Shown here one piece after another: positions 16,781-25,620 of a stretch of 64,000 nt of DNA. Position 1 is the stretch's first letter. Every line of letters starts with the position of its first letter. Source of the DNA: a virus; IMG/VR virus record IMGVR_UViG_3300033149_001257, positions 1 through 64,000 of that record. One strand, written 5' to 3'. The notes under the pieces are model-generated. The model saw only the letters and a program-made list of their open reading frames with translations. It ran no database searches and had not been told where the DNA came from. Made by a program: the position numbers and the translations under genes.

Positions 16781-17771
16781 TAGACAAACCTTTTTTAACT
16801 ATTGCCCCGCAGCCCGAGCACCCATGGGATGTGTTTTTGGCAGGAACCTCAATGACTTCTTTTCCAGCTTCTTCCGCTTTGAAACGAAGTATATTGAAGA
16901 AATTAAACCATGCCACATCACCCATAGACCGATTCAGTTTTCTGAATGTTTTCCAGCTATGCAACTTTTCTATACAGATTATATCGTTTTCTTTCACAAG
17001 TTTATTAGCGACCTTGAAATGAAAATCTCGTCTTTGGTTGGTAATCTTTTCGTAAATCTTAGCGACAAGCAACTTCGCTTTCTTTCTTCTATTAGAACCT
17101 CTTTCTTTATGGCCCATAGACTGCTGACGTTTAGTAAGAATGTCTTGCGATTTATTAAGAAACCGAGGATTTTCAATTTTTCTATTATCAGAATCCGTAA
17201 GAAAAGATTCGCAGCCCACGTCAATACCGACAGTCTTGCCAGTTTTAGGCAATGGTTTATAGGGAACGTCGTCACAGACAAAAGAAACAAACCATTTGTC
17301 AGAAAGAGTTCTACGGATAGTTACGGTCTTGATTGCCCCCTCGATGGGACGAGAAAACTTTATCTTAAACTTACCAATTTTATTTATGGTAAGATATTTT
17401 CCATCAAGTTTCCACCCTGTTTTTTTAAGAGTAAAGGAATCGTATCTGCCCATTCCTTTAAATCTTGGAAACCCTGCCCTTTTTCCTCTTTTAACTCTAC
17501 GAAAAAAAGATTGATAGGATTTATCAAGGCGTTCAATTACATCTTGGAGTGTTTGCGAAGGAACTTTTTTAAATTCAGGGAATCCTTTTTTGAGGTCAGA
17601 AAGCTGATTTGCTTGGTCATACCCAGAAACATATTTCCCGTGGCATTTCCAGGCATTTATTCTCTGGTCAAGAGCAAGATTATAAAGTATTCTGCAAAGA
17701 TTAAGGACTTCTTCGGCACCGGAAAGAGTTTCACGGTTGGCATAGATTCTGTATTTAAAAGATTTTCTCAT
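16671..17771 (-). CDS. tnpB: RNA-guided endonuclease TnpB
   Basis: MRKSFKYRIY HTH start; RuvC D (GIDVG), E (IEKL), D (DRDYNAA); zinc finger CSGC...CSC. Confidence 0.95.
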   Translation of the reverse strand: MRKSFKYRIYANRETLSGAEEVLNLCRILYNLALDQRINAWKCHGKYVSGYDQANQLSDLKKGFPEFKKVPSQTLQDVIERLDKSYQSFFRRVKRGKRAGFPRFKGMGRYDSFTLKKTGWKLDGKYLTINKIGKFKIKFSRPIEGAIKTVTIRRTLSDKWFVSFVCDDVPYKPLPKTGKTVGIDVGCESFLTDSDNRKIENPRFLNKSQDILTKRQQSMGHKERGSNRRKKAKLLVAKIYEKITNQRRDFHFKVANKLVKENDIICIEKLHSWKTFRKLNRSMGDVAWFNFFNILRFKAEEAGKEVIEVPAKNTSHGCSGCGAIVKKGLSIRVHRCSCGLEIDRDYNAALNILRLGQSLQASVSST

Positions 17772-17789
17772 TACGTATCCTCAATGAGA

Positions 17790-17818
17790 ATTATATCATA
17801 TTTTAGATGTAATGTCAA
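17790..17818 (-). promoter_or_regulatory. consensus sigma70 promoter for tnpB
   Basis: TTGACA (17818-17813), 17 bp, TATAAT (17795-17790). Confidence 0.85.
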
Positions 17819-17883
17819 GAGATATTTGATTTTATCAAAAATGTTTTTAATCTCATCACTTGGAACATTAAAGGAGTAATAAA

Positions 17884-18282
17884 ATGGCTGACGAACTGTT
17901 GAAAATTGAGGAACATATTACTGATGGGTCGGTTGCTGATGTCCTGCAGATAGCGAGGTCTTTAATCGCAGGAGAAACCATGTCTATAGAGGTTATTGAA
18001 AAGACAATAAAGAAACTGGCTGGATACTCACTTTATATAGGAGCCACTGCTGGTCTGTATAAGGGGGAGAGGTCAAGAATTCAATACCTTACAATCAAGG
18101 ATGGTTCCGGTACTGCGAAGGATAAGGAAGCCCAGGGTAAATCAGCGGCCGCGGTAATGAGAACGCGCCAAGAAGTATTTGGGAATATGTTTAAGGCTCT
18201 CCTGAGTAGTACGGATGCAATGAGGGATATATTCAGGGAGCACAAAAAAGATTATCGTATGAATTATAATGCAGATGCTTAA
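17884..18282 (+). CDS. helical hypothetical protein
   Basis: 132 aa; AAGGAG RBS. Confidence 0.7.
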   Translation: MADELLKIEEHITDGSVADVLQIARSLIAGETMSIEVIEKTIKKLAGYSLYIGATAGLYKGERSRIQYLTIKDGSGTAKDKEAQGKSAAAVMRTRQEVFGNMFKALLSSTDAMRDIFREHKKDYRMNYNADA

Positions 18283-18288
18283 ATGAAT

Positions 18289-18370
18289 TGGGCGGTAGCG
18301 AAGATGACTGGTTTATTTGGTTCCGGACATTAGAGATATTTCGGGGTAGGATTCCCCGACCGCCCAACCA
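18289..18370 (+). tRNA. degenerate tRNA-like element (pseudo tRNA-Gln TTG-like)
   Basis: TGGGCGG(T)/(A)CCGCCCA acceptor stem, CGGGG-TAGGATT-CCCCG T-arm and an encoded ACCA end; D and anticodon arms non-canonical. Confidence 0.55.
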
Positions 18371-18551
18371 AAAAAAGGAGGAGTTATGAGTTGCGATGAA
18401 TCGGTTGTGAAAGAAGGGAAAGAACTGGTGGCGAAAAAGAAAAAAGATAAAAAATATCTAACCCCGGGTTATAAGAGAAAGCGTAAAAAGTATCTTGATA
18501 AAAAGAAAAAGATATGGGAGGGTAATCGCACAGCAGAGGCGGGGAGGAATA

Positions 18552-18767
18552 ATGAAAAGTGAAAAGATTGTTGAAAGAGAATTTGAGGCATCAATGACAC
18601 TTGATGGTAGGGAATATCGCATTGACGATGAAACGCTTGATGAGATTGCCATAAGAATTACGTTTATAGAAAGTGGTTTATCGAAAGTTCAAAAAAGAAA
18701 AATAGGAAAGATGGTGTTTGAAAAAATGATAGAAATGAGATTGCCAAAAAAGGGGAGGATTAAATGA
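18552..18767 (+). CDS. hypothetical protein
   Basis: GGAGG RBS before MKSEK. Confidence 0.6.
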   Translation: MKSEKIVEREFEASMTLDGREYRIDDETLDEIAIRITFIESGLSKVQKRKIGKMVFEKMIEMRLPKKGRIK

Positions 18768-19081
18768 AGAAAGAAACACCGCGAATTCAAATGGGAATGA
18801 ACAGTACGATGGAGTTCCATCAGATTGAGGATTTTAGGCGCATAGAGCTTACCTGCCACGGTAGTGATAAGAAGATATATCAGGGCATTTCTGGTATAGA
18901 TAGAATTGTGGAGATAGGAAAATCAAAAGCAGCTGGAGTAAAAAATGCACGCTATAAAAATGCAACTCAGGTATGGCTCAAGAATGGTAGCATGTATACC
19001 GTTGCCGAAAAATATTCTTATATAAAAAAGATAATGGACGAGGGGCCATTGTTTATTTTGAAGGGGAGGGATGATAAATGA
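18764..19081 (+). CDS. hypothetical protein
   Basis: ATGA coupling, RBS. Confidence 0.7.
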   Translation: MKKETPRIQMGMNSTMEFHQIEDFRRIELTCHGSDKKIYQGISGIDRIVEIGKSKAAGVKNARYKNATQVWLKNGSMYTVAEKYSYIKKIMDEGPLFILKGRDDK

Positions 19082-19584
19082 AAATAGAAATGAATGAAGA
19101 AGATTTAAAGTTTTTGAGGGAGTTGGCGCATGAGATAAATACCCAGGACAATAGGGCAACCCGGAGTCCATATTATTACACAACACGAATAAAAATGTGG
19201 AGAGTAGCGAACGAGGATTATTCAAGTGGTAAAACAAAGCAAGTATGGGTTGAACACATGACTGGTGATTTTTCTGAATATGATACAAAGTTTGCTTGCT
19301 TGAAGGGTTGTTTGGAACATGGTTATTCTAAAGACGAAATACGAAAGGCACTCAATAATGATAATATTTGCGAGGTTACACTTGAAGAATACGAAGAAGA
19401 TAGAAATGTATTTCTTACTGAAAAAGCATACAAAGAGAACATGGAATTAGACGGACATAATCTTAAAAGAATGGGCGAGTGTTATTCATATTTACACTAT
19501 GCCTCAAGAAACCCCGAAATGGAAAGGTTGTTAGAGATAATATTAAAGTTTGATAATAAAAAAACGGAGGGGGAAGTTAAGTGA
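19078..19584 (+). CDS. phage protein with TQDNRAT motif (Ead/Ea22-like)
   Basis: INTQDNRATRSPYY motif. Confidence 0.55.
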   Translation: MKIEMNEEDLKFLRELAHEINTQDNRATRSPYYYTTRIKMWRVANEDYSSGKTKQVWVEHMTGDFSEYDTKFACLKGCLEHGYSKDEIRKALNNDNICEVTLEEYEEDRNVFLTEKAYKENMELDGHNLKRMGECYSYLHYASRNPEMERLLEIILKFDNKKTEGEVK

Positions 19585-19686
19585 AAGAAATCAGTGGTCG
19601 GGAATCTGGATTTTTTCTATTGGGAACAATATTTGGGCTCATCGCTGGGTATGTTTATTTTGTATTATAATAAAAAATAAGGAGGA

Positions 19687-21513
19687 TTGAGAGTGAAAAT
19701 CACAAAAGTAAAGACGGGGGATTTCAAGGGTTATTCAAGGGAACTAAGTCTAAGCGGAACAGTAGTGTTGTGCGGTCCAAACGGGTCAGGAAAAACAGGT
19801 CTACAAAAAGCAATTGAAGTGGCAATCACGGGGTACGATAGCGACTTGGGTAAGAAACCAAAGTATACCATGCAGCATATATCTGGGAGTATGGGGTGGG
19901 TAGAAATTACCATTCAGTGTGATGATGGAGAAGTGGTTGTAATCAAGAGGACGTATACCCGAGATAAAAAAGGTAATGTTAAGATGGATGTCAGGGTACT
20001 ACCGAAGATGGATGAAAGCACGTCGGGTGATTATGAAGCACGGATTAAAAACATCGTCGGCTCGTTTCCCATAATGTTTGACCTCGCATCGTTCTTACAT
20101 ATGAAGGATTCTGAATACCGAGATTTCTTTTTCTCAAAATGTAAGGTTGATAATTGGGATAAAGAAAAGATATTTGATAAGATGATAAAAGGCACGGCCG
20201 GGTTGCTTGATGAGGATAAGTTGCAGTCCGATACCATCACCGTTCAGCTGGGAGAGGCGTGGCACGATGAGTTGTCCATTAAAGACAATCTTGAAACCGT
20301 AATAGAAACTCTCGGTAATATTAAAAATAGGGCACAGGGTGAGGTCAGGGGTAATGTCGGAGCTTCGGAGGCTGTTGAGGAAAGAAAGGTTGAGGATAAG
20401 ACATCAAAGACTATCCCTATGCTGAAAGAAGAAATAGCCAAGTACGAAGAAGATGCCCGGAAAGTGTCGGCAGATATAAAAATAAACAAAGACAATGCCG
20501 AGAAATACGACAAGAAAGAAGCCGAGATAAGCAAGGTTATCGTTGAAATTGCCGACATAAAGAAAGGGGATTTTGATGCCACTCTCACCGCGGAGGATTA
20601 TGCTAAAAAGATTAGCGAGTTAGATGCGATGTCGCCGCTCCCCAAGAATTTATACGAAATAGATGTTAAGATGGGGGTTGCTTCGGGGAAATGTCCAATA
20701 GGTGTCGAGTGTGATAAACTTGATGAGTATAAAAAGAGTATCCCTAATCTTAAAAAAGAGCGCGAGGAAATAAAAGAAAAGATGGATAAGAAAGACGAGC
20801 AGAAGTCTGTCTATGTACAGCAACAATGTCACGTGGGAGAATATAAACATCTGGTTGAGAATCTTGATAGACTACAGAAAGAAATGATGGATATGCCGAA
20901 ACCTGTTTCTAGTGAAGAACTTGAAACTCAGTTACAATCCCTGGATACAAAAAAGTCTGAGCTTGAATCAGAAAAGAATGTTAAGATACAGGTGCAAGCG
21001 GCCGAAAAAATGCAGGGTGATATAAAAAGTGCGCGCCTGGTCAACGAGGCGAAACTAAACGCCGTCAAGGTTTTGATTGGAGTTGTTGGTAAGGACGGTA
21101 TTCTCGGTGAGATAATAAAGTCTATTCTTGGACCATTTGCTGATAAGATTAATGGGTTGCTGCAGAAGATAGATGATGTCAAGAACTTTAAGTTTAATTT
21201 GGAAGATGAGATTACCGGTAAGCCCATATTCCAATTCGGATGGAAAAAAGATTCGGGATTCGTGCCATTCCATGCGTTATCTAATGGAGAGCGGGCACTG
21301 TTCGGTGCAGCCATAATGGTGGCCCTGATTACACAGCAGAATCCAAAGCTCCGAGTGTTGCTCATAGACAACATTGAAGCGGTTGATGATTCCCATAGGG
21401 ACGAATTCGTTAATGCCTGTTTTGAGTTTGAGAAAGTGGGGCAGATAGATAATGTGTTACTGGCGGGCTGTATGCAGTACGAGGGTGGGGTTCAGTTGGG
21501 CATGGATAAATAA
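19687..21513 (+). CDS. Rad50/SbcC/SMC-family ATPase
   Basis: Walker A GPNGSGKT, coiled coils with a central CPIGVEC, signature LSNGE, Walker B VLLIDNIE. Confidence 0.88.
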   Translation: MRVKITKVKTGDFKGYSRELSLSGTVVLCGPNGSGKTGLQKAIEVAITGYDSDLGKKPKYTMQHISGSMGWVEITIQCDDGEVVVIKRTYTRDKKGNVKMDVRVLPKMDESTSGDYEARIKNIVGSFPIMFDLASFLHMKDSEYRDFFFSKCKVDNWDKEKIFDKMIKGTAGLLDEDKLQSDTITVQLGEAWHDELSIKDNLETVIETLGNIKNRAQGEVRGNVGASEAVEERKVEDKTSKTIPMLKEEIAKYEEDARKVSADIKINKDNAEKYDKKEAEISKVIVEIADIKKGDFDATLTAEDYAKKISELDAMSPLPKNLYEIDVKMGVASGKCPIGVECDKLDEYKKSIPNLKKEREEIKEKMDKKDEQKSVYVQQQCHVGEYKHLVENLDRLQKEMMDMPKPVSSEELETQLQSLDTKKSELESEKNVKIQVQAAEKMQGDIKSARLVNEAKLNAVKVLIGVVGKDGILGEIIKSILGPFADKINGLLQKIDDVKNFKFNLEDEITGKPIFQFGWKKDSGFVPFHALSNGERALFGAAIMVALITQQNPKLRVLLIDNIEAVDDSHRDEFVNACFEFEKVGQIDNVLLAGCMQYEGGVQLGMDK

Positions 21514-21521
21514 AATGGAAT

Positions 21522-21854
21522 ATGGGGGAATGGTGGGAGGATACATATATTATGTTTACCGATGAAACAAGAAAATTAGTAAAAGAAGTTATGAGACGAC
21601 TGCCAGATGAGGCTTTTTACTGGCCTCCCGTTAAGATAAATACGGGCCTAAAAGCACCAAAAACAATCCATGCTTATTTTGCTGGCATAGACATGGGAAA
21701 CAGTAATGAGGATTATTGCTGTCTGATTTATCACGAACCCATGATTACCGGAGACACCTTTGTAAAGATAGTTCCATGGCCAGAGAAAAACATTCTGGAT
21801 AGATGTTGGGATTGGTTTCGCGGATTGTTTAATAAAAAAGGGAGGATTAAATGA
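21522..21854 (+). CDS. hypothetical protein
   Basis: 110-aa ORF. Confidence 0.6.
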   Translation: MGEWWEDTYIMFTDETRKLVKEVMRRLPDEAFYWPPVKINTGLKAPKTIHAYFAGIDMGNSNEDYCCLIYHEPMITGDTFVKIVPWPEKNILDRCWDWFRGLFNKKGRIK

Positions 21855-22165
21855 ATAATGAATCAAAAGTAAATTGTCCTATATGCAATAAAGAAAGAGA
21901 TTGGGATGGTTTCTGGATAAAACAATATGGTAGGTGTTCCAACTGCCAGGCAGAAAAAGAATCAAAAGATGAATGTGAAAGAGCAGTCAAGAATGGGGAG
22001 GGAACATCAGACAATCAAATAATATGTCCTCACTGTGGACATTCCATAGAAGATGAATTATATGAATATGAGAGTGGATCTGAAACCTGCGATGAATGTG
22101 GTAAGGAATATGAATTAGACGTAGAGCATAGTGCGACATACACAACAACTAAAAAGGAGGATTAG
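21851..22165 (+). CDS. double zinc-ribbon protein
   Basis: Four CxxC motifs. Confidence 0.75.
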   Translation: MNNESKVNCPICNKERDWDGFWIKQYGRCSNCQAEKESKDECERAVKNGEGTSDNQIICPHCGHSIEDELYEYESGSETCDECGKEYELDVEHSATYTTTKKED

Positions 22166-22531
22166 ATGAACGTAATCGTAAGACCGAGGCGGGCAGGGAA
22201 AACGTATAAGTTGGTTAAAGAAGTTTTGAGGTGGGATGGTATTTTATTGGTACCTTATCCTGTAAATAAGGAAAGTATTTTAGAGCAATACCCCAAGCTG
22301 AAAAAATGGCAAGTTATGACCTGGAAAGAATATGGAAGTATAAGAAATTGGATTAGGTTCCCATACAGGGGGAAGTTGCTGTTCATTGATAATGTGGAAA
22401 TACTTATACAGGAATGTTTTAAGGGTACGGTGAGTGCAGTATCAATGTTCGCTGGTCTGGAAAAATGGGATAGGAAAAAGTATATGAAAAACATGAAGAA
22501 ACATTTTAAAACATTGAGAAGGGGGAAATAA
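22166..22531 (+). CDS. small P-loop-like protein
   Basis: RPRRAGKT (Walker A-like) and LLFIDN (Walker B-like). Confidence 0.65.
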   Translation: MNVIVRPRRAGKTYKLVKEVLRWDGILLVPYPVNKESILEQYPKLKKWQVMTWKEYGSIRNWIRFPYRGKLLFIDNVEILIQECFKGTVSAVSMFAGLEKWDRKKYMKNMKKHFKTLRRGK

Positions 22532-22532
22532 T

Positions 22533-22829
22533 ATGGTAGTTAAAAGAAGGAGGGGAGAGATGATAGTAGGAATAGATGATTGTGAATCGACTCCAACGAA
22601 ACCATCCGTAAAAATGAAAGCTCAGGATGGGGATGGGTTGCTTACTGAATTTAATAGAAGTTTGATTACGGGTATTAAAATGAAAGAGGCAGTGTTTATT
22701 TGTAAGTTTGGTTTTCACCCCAATATTGTATTTCTTAAACCGGGCACGGGGATTACAACCCTGGCGGGTTATAAAGTTATAGAGACTGACGGTATTGAAG
22801 AATGTACCGTTGGATATATACAAGAATAA
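22533..22829 (+). CDS. hypothetical protein
   Basis: 98-aa ORF. Confidence 0.6.
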   Translation: MVVKRRRGEMIVGIDDCESTPTKPSVKMKAQDGDGLLTEFNRSLITGIKMKEAVFICKFGFHPNIVFLKPGTGITTLAGYKVIETDGIEECTVGYIQE

Positions 22830-22980
22830 GCGGCCGTGCTGGGGATACTCCCGGTGCGTAAGGGGTGGGTGAATGTACCTACACAAAAGCATGGACATAT
22901 ATCACTATAGAGGTATATGGAAGTGTTGAAGAAATCTGAATATCCGGATTTCGTAGGGAAAAGCTCACCCCGATGCCGAT
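22830..22980 (+). ncRNA. candidate multi-stem structured RNA
   Basis: Intergenic on +; four hairpins with many G-U pairs, closed by CGGC/GCCG and GGGG/CCCC. Confidence 0.5.
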
Positions 22981-23022
22981 ATGTTGAGTGGTTCAATATA
23001 ATTTACTGGTAAAGGAGGAGTA

Positions 23023-23172
23023 ATGAAATGTCCAATGTGTGGTAAACCTCTGGATAAACATAAAGATATTGCAGGTAAATACATATATGAATGTTTTTAT
23101 TATGGATGTCAACACATATTTGTATTAGAGAATGGTAAATTAGTACACCATTATAAAAGGAGTGATAAATGA
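23023..23172 (+). CDS. zinc-ribbon microprotein (49 aa, not in track)
   Basis: AAGGAGG RBS; CPMC...CFYYGC. Confidence 0.55.
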   Translation: MKCPMCGKPLDKHKDIAGKYIYECFYYGCQHIFVLENGKLVHHYKRSDK

Positions 23173-23474
23173 AAAATAAATGTACTCATTGCGAAAAACT
23201 TACTTGCGAACTAACAAATAGAATATGCACCGGTATTGGGTGGAAGAAGTGTTATGTATATTGGGAGCAACGTGCAGATAATGTGGGGCAGGATTTGGGT
23301 AAGATAAAATTCGCAATAGCATTAATACAAACCAAAACCACCCTGATGGATGAATTGGACAGGCATGAATTTGTTGCAATAGCGGAAGCGTTTGGGTTAA
23401 GATGGGCAAGGTCATTTGGGCAAATGTTAAGCAAGCGGAAAGAGAATAAAGAAGAAAAACAAAGGAGGAAGTAA
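23169..23474 (+). CDS. hypothetical protein
   Basis: ATGA coupling. Confidence 0.65.
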   Translation: MKNKCTHCEKLTCELTNRICTGIGWKKCYVYWEQRADNVGQDLGKIKFAIALIQTKTTLMDELDRHEFVAIAEAFGLRWARSFGQMLSKRKENKEEKQRRK

Positions 23475-23827
23475 TGAGATTAAAAACAAAACCCATGCCG
23501 ACCAAGTGGCCAGATAAATTAAAGCTGTATGATAAAAACTTGCCGGGCGATGGGAACCCCTCGCCCAGGGAAGAATTGATTAAATTAATTGACGAGAGGA
23601 TAGCAATTAAATGTAAGGTACTGGATGATTGTGCGGAAAAATATAGACAGAAATTATTACTCGATGAGTTATGCAAGGAACTTGAGGTGGCACGTCTTGA
23701 ACTATTGGAAGATGAATCTTACTACGAAATATGCCAGAGGAGGTGTAGAGAAATAGTGAAAAGATACTCGAGGGAAGAAGGGCTTGATAAAAAAGAGGGG
23801 GAGAGGTTGCTGGGGTTATACGAATGA
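23474..23827 (+). CDS. hypothetical protein
   Basis: TAATG coupling, RBS. Confidence 0.65.
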   Translation: MRLKTKPMPTKWPDKLKLYDKNLPGDGNPSPREELIKLIDERIAIKCKVLDDCAEKYRQKLLLDELCKELEVARLELLEDESYYEICQRRCREIVKRYSREEGLDKKEGERLLGLYE

Positions 23828-24243
23828 TAGAATATATTAAGGGAGATTTGTTTTCCAATAAGACCGACTCGTTAGCTCACTGCATTTCCAGGGATTTAAA
23901 GATGGGTGCCGGGATAGCCAAGGCCTTTAATAAAAAGTGGGGAGTGGCAATCAGAAAGCACATCCAATTAAATCCTGAACTATCTAAGTGTGAGTGTATT
24001 GTGGTTCCGGTTAGAGACAGGCTTATATATAATCTCGTCACTAAGAAAATATATTTCCAGAAACCCACATTGGAAAGCATGGAAGCGTCACTAAGAGAAA
24101 TGTTTGATATTGCCAACGACGTTGAGAATGTCATAGCGATGCCAAAGATAGGGTGCGGACTGGATAGGCTTAAATGGAAAGACGTTGAGAAACTCATAAA
24201 GAAATATCAGGGTAATGTGAGGGTAAAAGTTTATGAATTATAG
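23824..24243 (+). CDS. macrodomain protein, TARG1/DarG-like ADP-ribose glycohydrolase
   Basis: KGDLF, LAHCIS..MGAGIA, NLVTK, MPKIGCGLDRLKW. Confidence 0.9.
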   Translation: MIEYIKGDLFSNKTDSLAHCISRDLKMGAGIAKAFNKKWGVAIRKHIQLNPELSKCECIVVPVRDRLIYNLVTKKIYFQKPTLESMEASLREMFDIANDVENVIAMPKIGCGLDRLKWKDVEKLIKKYQGNVRVKVYEL

Positions 24244-24410
24244 AATTAAAATGAGTAAATGGGAGATTGTTGGAATAGTGGTAATCGTGATAGCTGTTAT
24301 ATTGGCAATAGTCGGCATGGTTATTAAGTGCCAGGTGTTGGCAGCGATAGGGGCAGTACTGGCAATGGCGGTATGGAGCACGTATATATTTTCATAATAA
24401 GGAGGCGGTA

Positions 24411-24818
24411 ATGAATCAAATAAAAGCGTGGGATAAAAAAACTAAAAGTATGTGGATGGTTGATGGGTTTGAGGGGTTGACCAAAAACACTATCGTTAAT
24501 TTAAGAACCTTTCCAGTTGAGGATGCCGGGGGATTGCACTTTACCTATATTAATAGGTATGAAGATGAAGTAGTGCTACTTGAATATATTGGAAGAAGGG
24601 ATGTTTTGGGTAAGGATATTTGCGATAGGGATATTCTCATAAATGAATCCGGCAGGATATGTAAGGTGGTTAGGTTTAATTCTGAATGTTTTGTGGGATG
24701 GGATTTGAAAGCATTAAATGGTAAGGGGAGTCCTCCGGCCGAGGGGCACATGTGGGAAGGCTGGGAAATAATTGGTGATGAGTTTGAGAATCCGGGATTA
24801 GAAAAGGAGATTAAGTAA
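24411..24818 (+). CDS. YopX family protein
   Basis: KAWDK...EYIGRRDVLGKDICDRDIL...EIIGDEFENP. Confidence 0.85.
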   Translation: MNQIKAWDKKTKSMWMVDGFEGLTKNTIVNLRTFPVEDAGGLHFTYINRYEDEVVLLEYIGRRDVLGKDICDRDILINESGRICKVVRFNSECFVGWDLKALNGKGSPPAEGHMWEGWEIIGDEFENPGLEKEIK

Positions 24819-25162
24819 TGAATAAAAAAGATTGGATATGGATGCCCCATGCGGCACATTTTTGTTGTGGAAGCAGGTGCCAATTTGTGTTGGCTACATA
24901 TGTGGGTGGGTACATAGTTTCAACTGTTGGAGAAATGTCATCAAGTATTAAAGGTAAAGAATATGAAACTGTATCGCGAGGATATTTATATGAAACCGAG
25001 GTATTTAAGGCTAAAAAACAAAAGCTGACATGCTGTCCTTATGGTATAATTTTAAAGGGTGGTTATGGTGTTGAACAAAGAAAATACAATACCCCTAGCG
25101 CCGCCACAAAAGGGCATATGGAATTATGTGAGAAGTGGAGTAAAGAAAAGGAGAATAAATAA
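24818..25162 (+). CDS. hypothetical phage protein
   Basis: TAATG coupling. Confidence 0.7.
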   Translation: MNKKDWIWMPHAAHFCCGSRCQFVLATYVGGYIVSTVGEMSSSIKGKEYETVSRGYLYETEVFKAKKQKLTCCPYGIILKGGYGVEQRKYNTPSAATKGHMELCEKWSKEKENK

Positions 25163-25350
25163 TGTATGATAGAAGAAAGGCTAATATAATAAGAAACATA
25201 GTTAAGTTCACCGTGGGATTGCCATTTATTGTCGCATTGACATTGGGGTTCTTGTTGTGCTCAATTATTTGTTTTGTTATTGAATCGGATGAAGATTTTA
25301 TATCAGATATAAAAATGATGTGGTCTTTCAAATCAAAGTATGATGGGTGA
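25162..25350 (+). CDS. small membrane protein
   Basis: One transmembrane helix. Confidence 0.6.
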   Translation: MYDRRKANIIRNIVKFTVGLPFIVALTLGFLLCSIICFVIESDEDFISDIKMMWSFKSKYDG

Positions 25351-25362
25351 GGAGGGTAAATA

Positions 25363-25620
25363 ATGAAGATAAAATCAAATAGTTACTTCGGAAAAGATAC
25401 CGGATGGTACCGGATGGGTATCTGCATAGACATGGGCACGGTAGAAATAAGCCTTGGGTATAATTTTAAATTATGGTGTAAAGAGTATGGACTTACCGCC
25501 GATGCCGGCATATACTTGGCTGTTGATAGATTTAATTTCTGGAGAATATGGATTAATTTGATATTCTTCTGGTTTCATATTAATAAGCAAACTAAAGAAA
25601 TGGTGGAGAGGGGGGCATAA
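25363..25620 (+). CDS. hypothetical protein
   Basis: GGAGG RBS. Confidence 0.6.
   Translation: MKIKSNSYFGKDTGWYRMGICIDMGTVEISLGYNFKLWCKEYGLTADAGIYLAVDRFNFWRIWINLIFFWFHINKQTKEMVERGA

Larger units (their letters stand above)
16646..17833 (-). mobile_element. IS200/IS605-family tnpB-only (IS1341-like) element
   Basis: On the - strand, TTGAT (17838-17834) precedes the left end and the element ends ...GTAGTGTCAA at 16646; no tnpA; removal restores an in-frame ORF. Confidence 0.75.

Noticed and set aside
16770-17879. 369-aa + strand ORF antisense to tnpB
   Set aside because: It has no RBS or recognisable domain and is antisense to a conserved gene. Only its last ~15 codons are meaningful, as the displaced end of the interrupted gene.
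18289-18370. Selenocysteine tRNA (8/5 fold)
   Set aside because: No TCA anticodon, no G73 discriminator, and no long paired variable arm or extended D-stem.
22166-22531. Terminase large subunit
   Set aside because: It has an RRAGKT motif but is only 121 aa, has no nuclease domain and is not in a packaging module.
22830-22980. SRP RNA or hammerhead ribozyme
   Set aside because: Only a superficial GCCGTGCT similarity to SRP; it lacks the SRP helix-8 motif and the hammerhead CUGANGA core.
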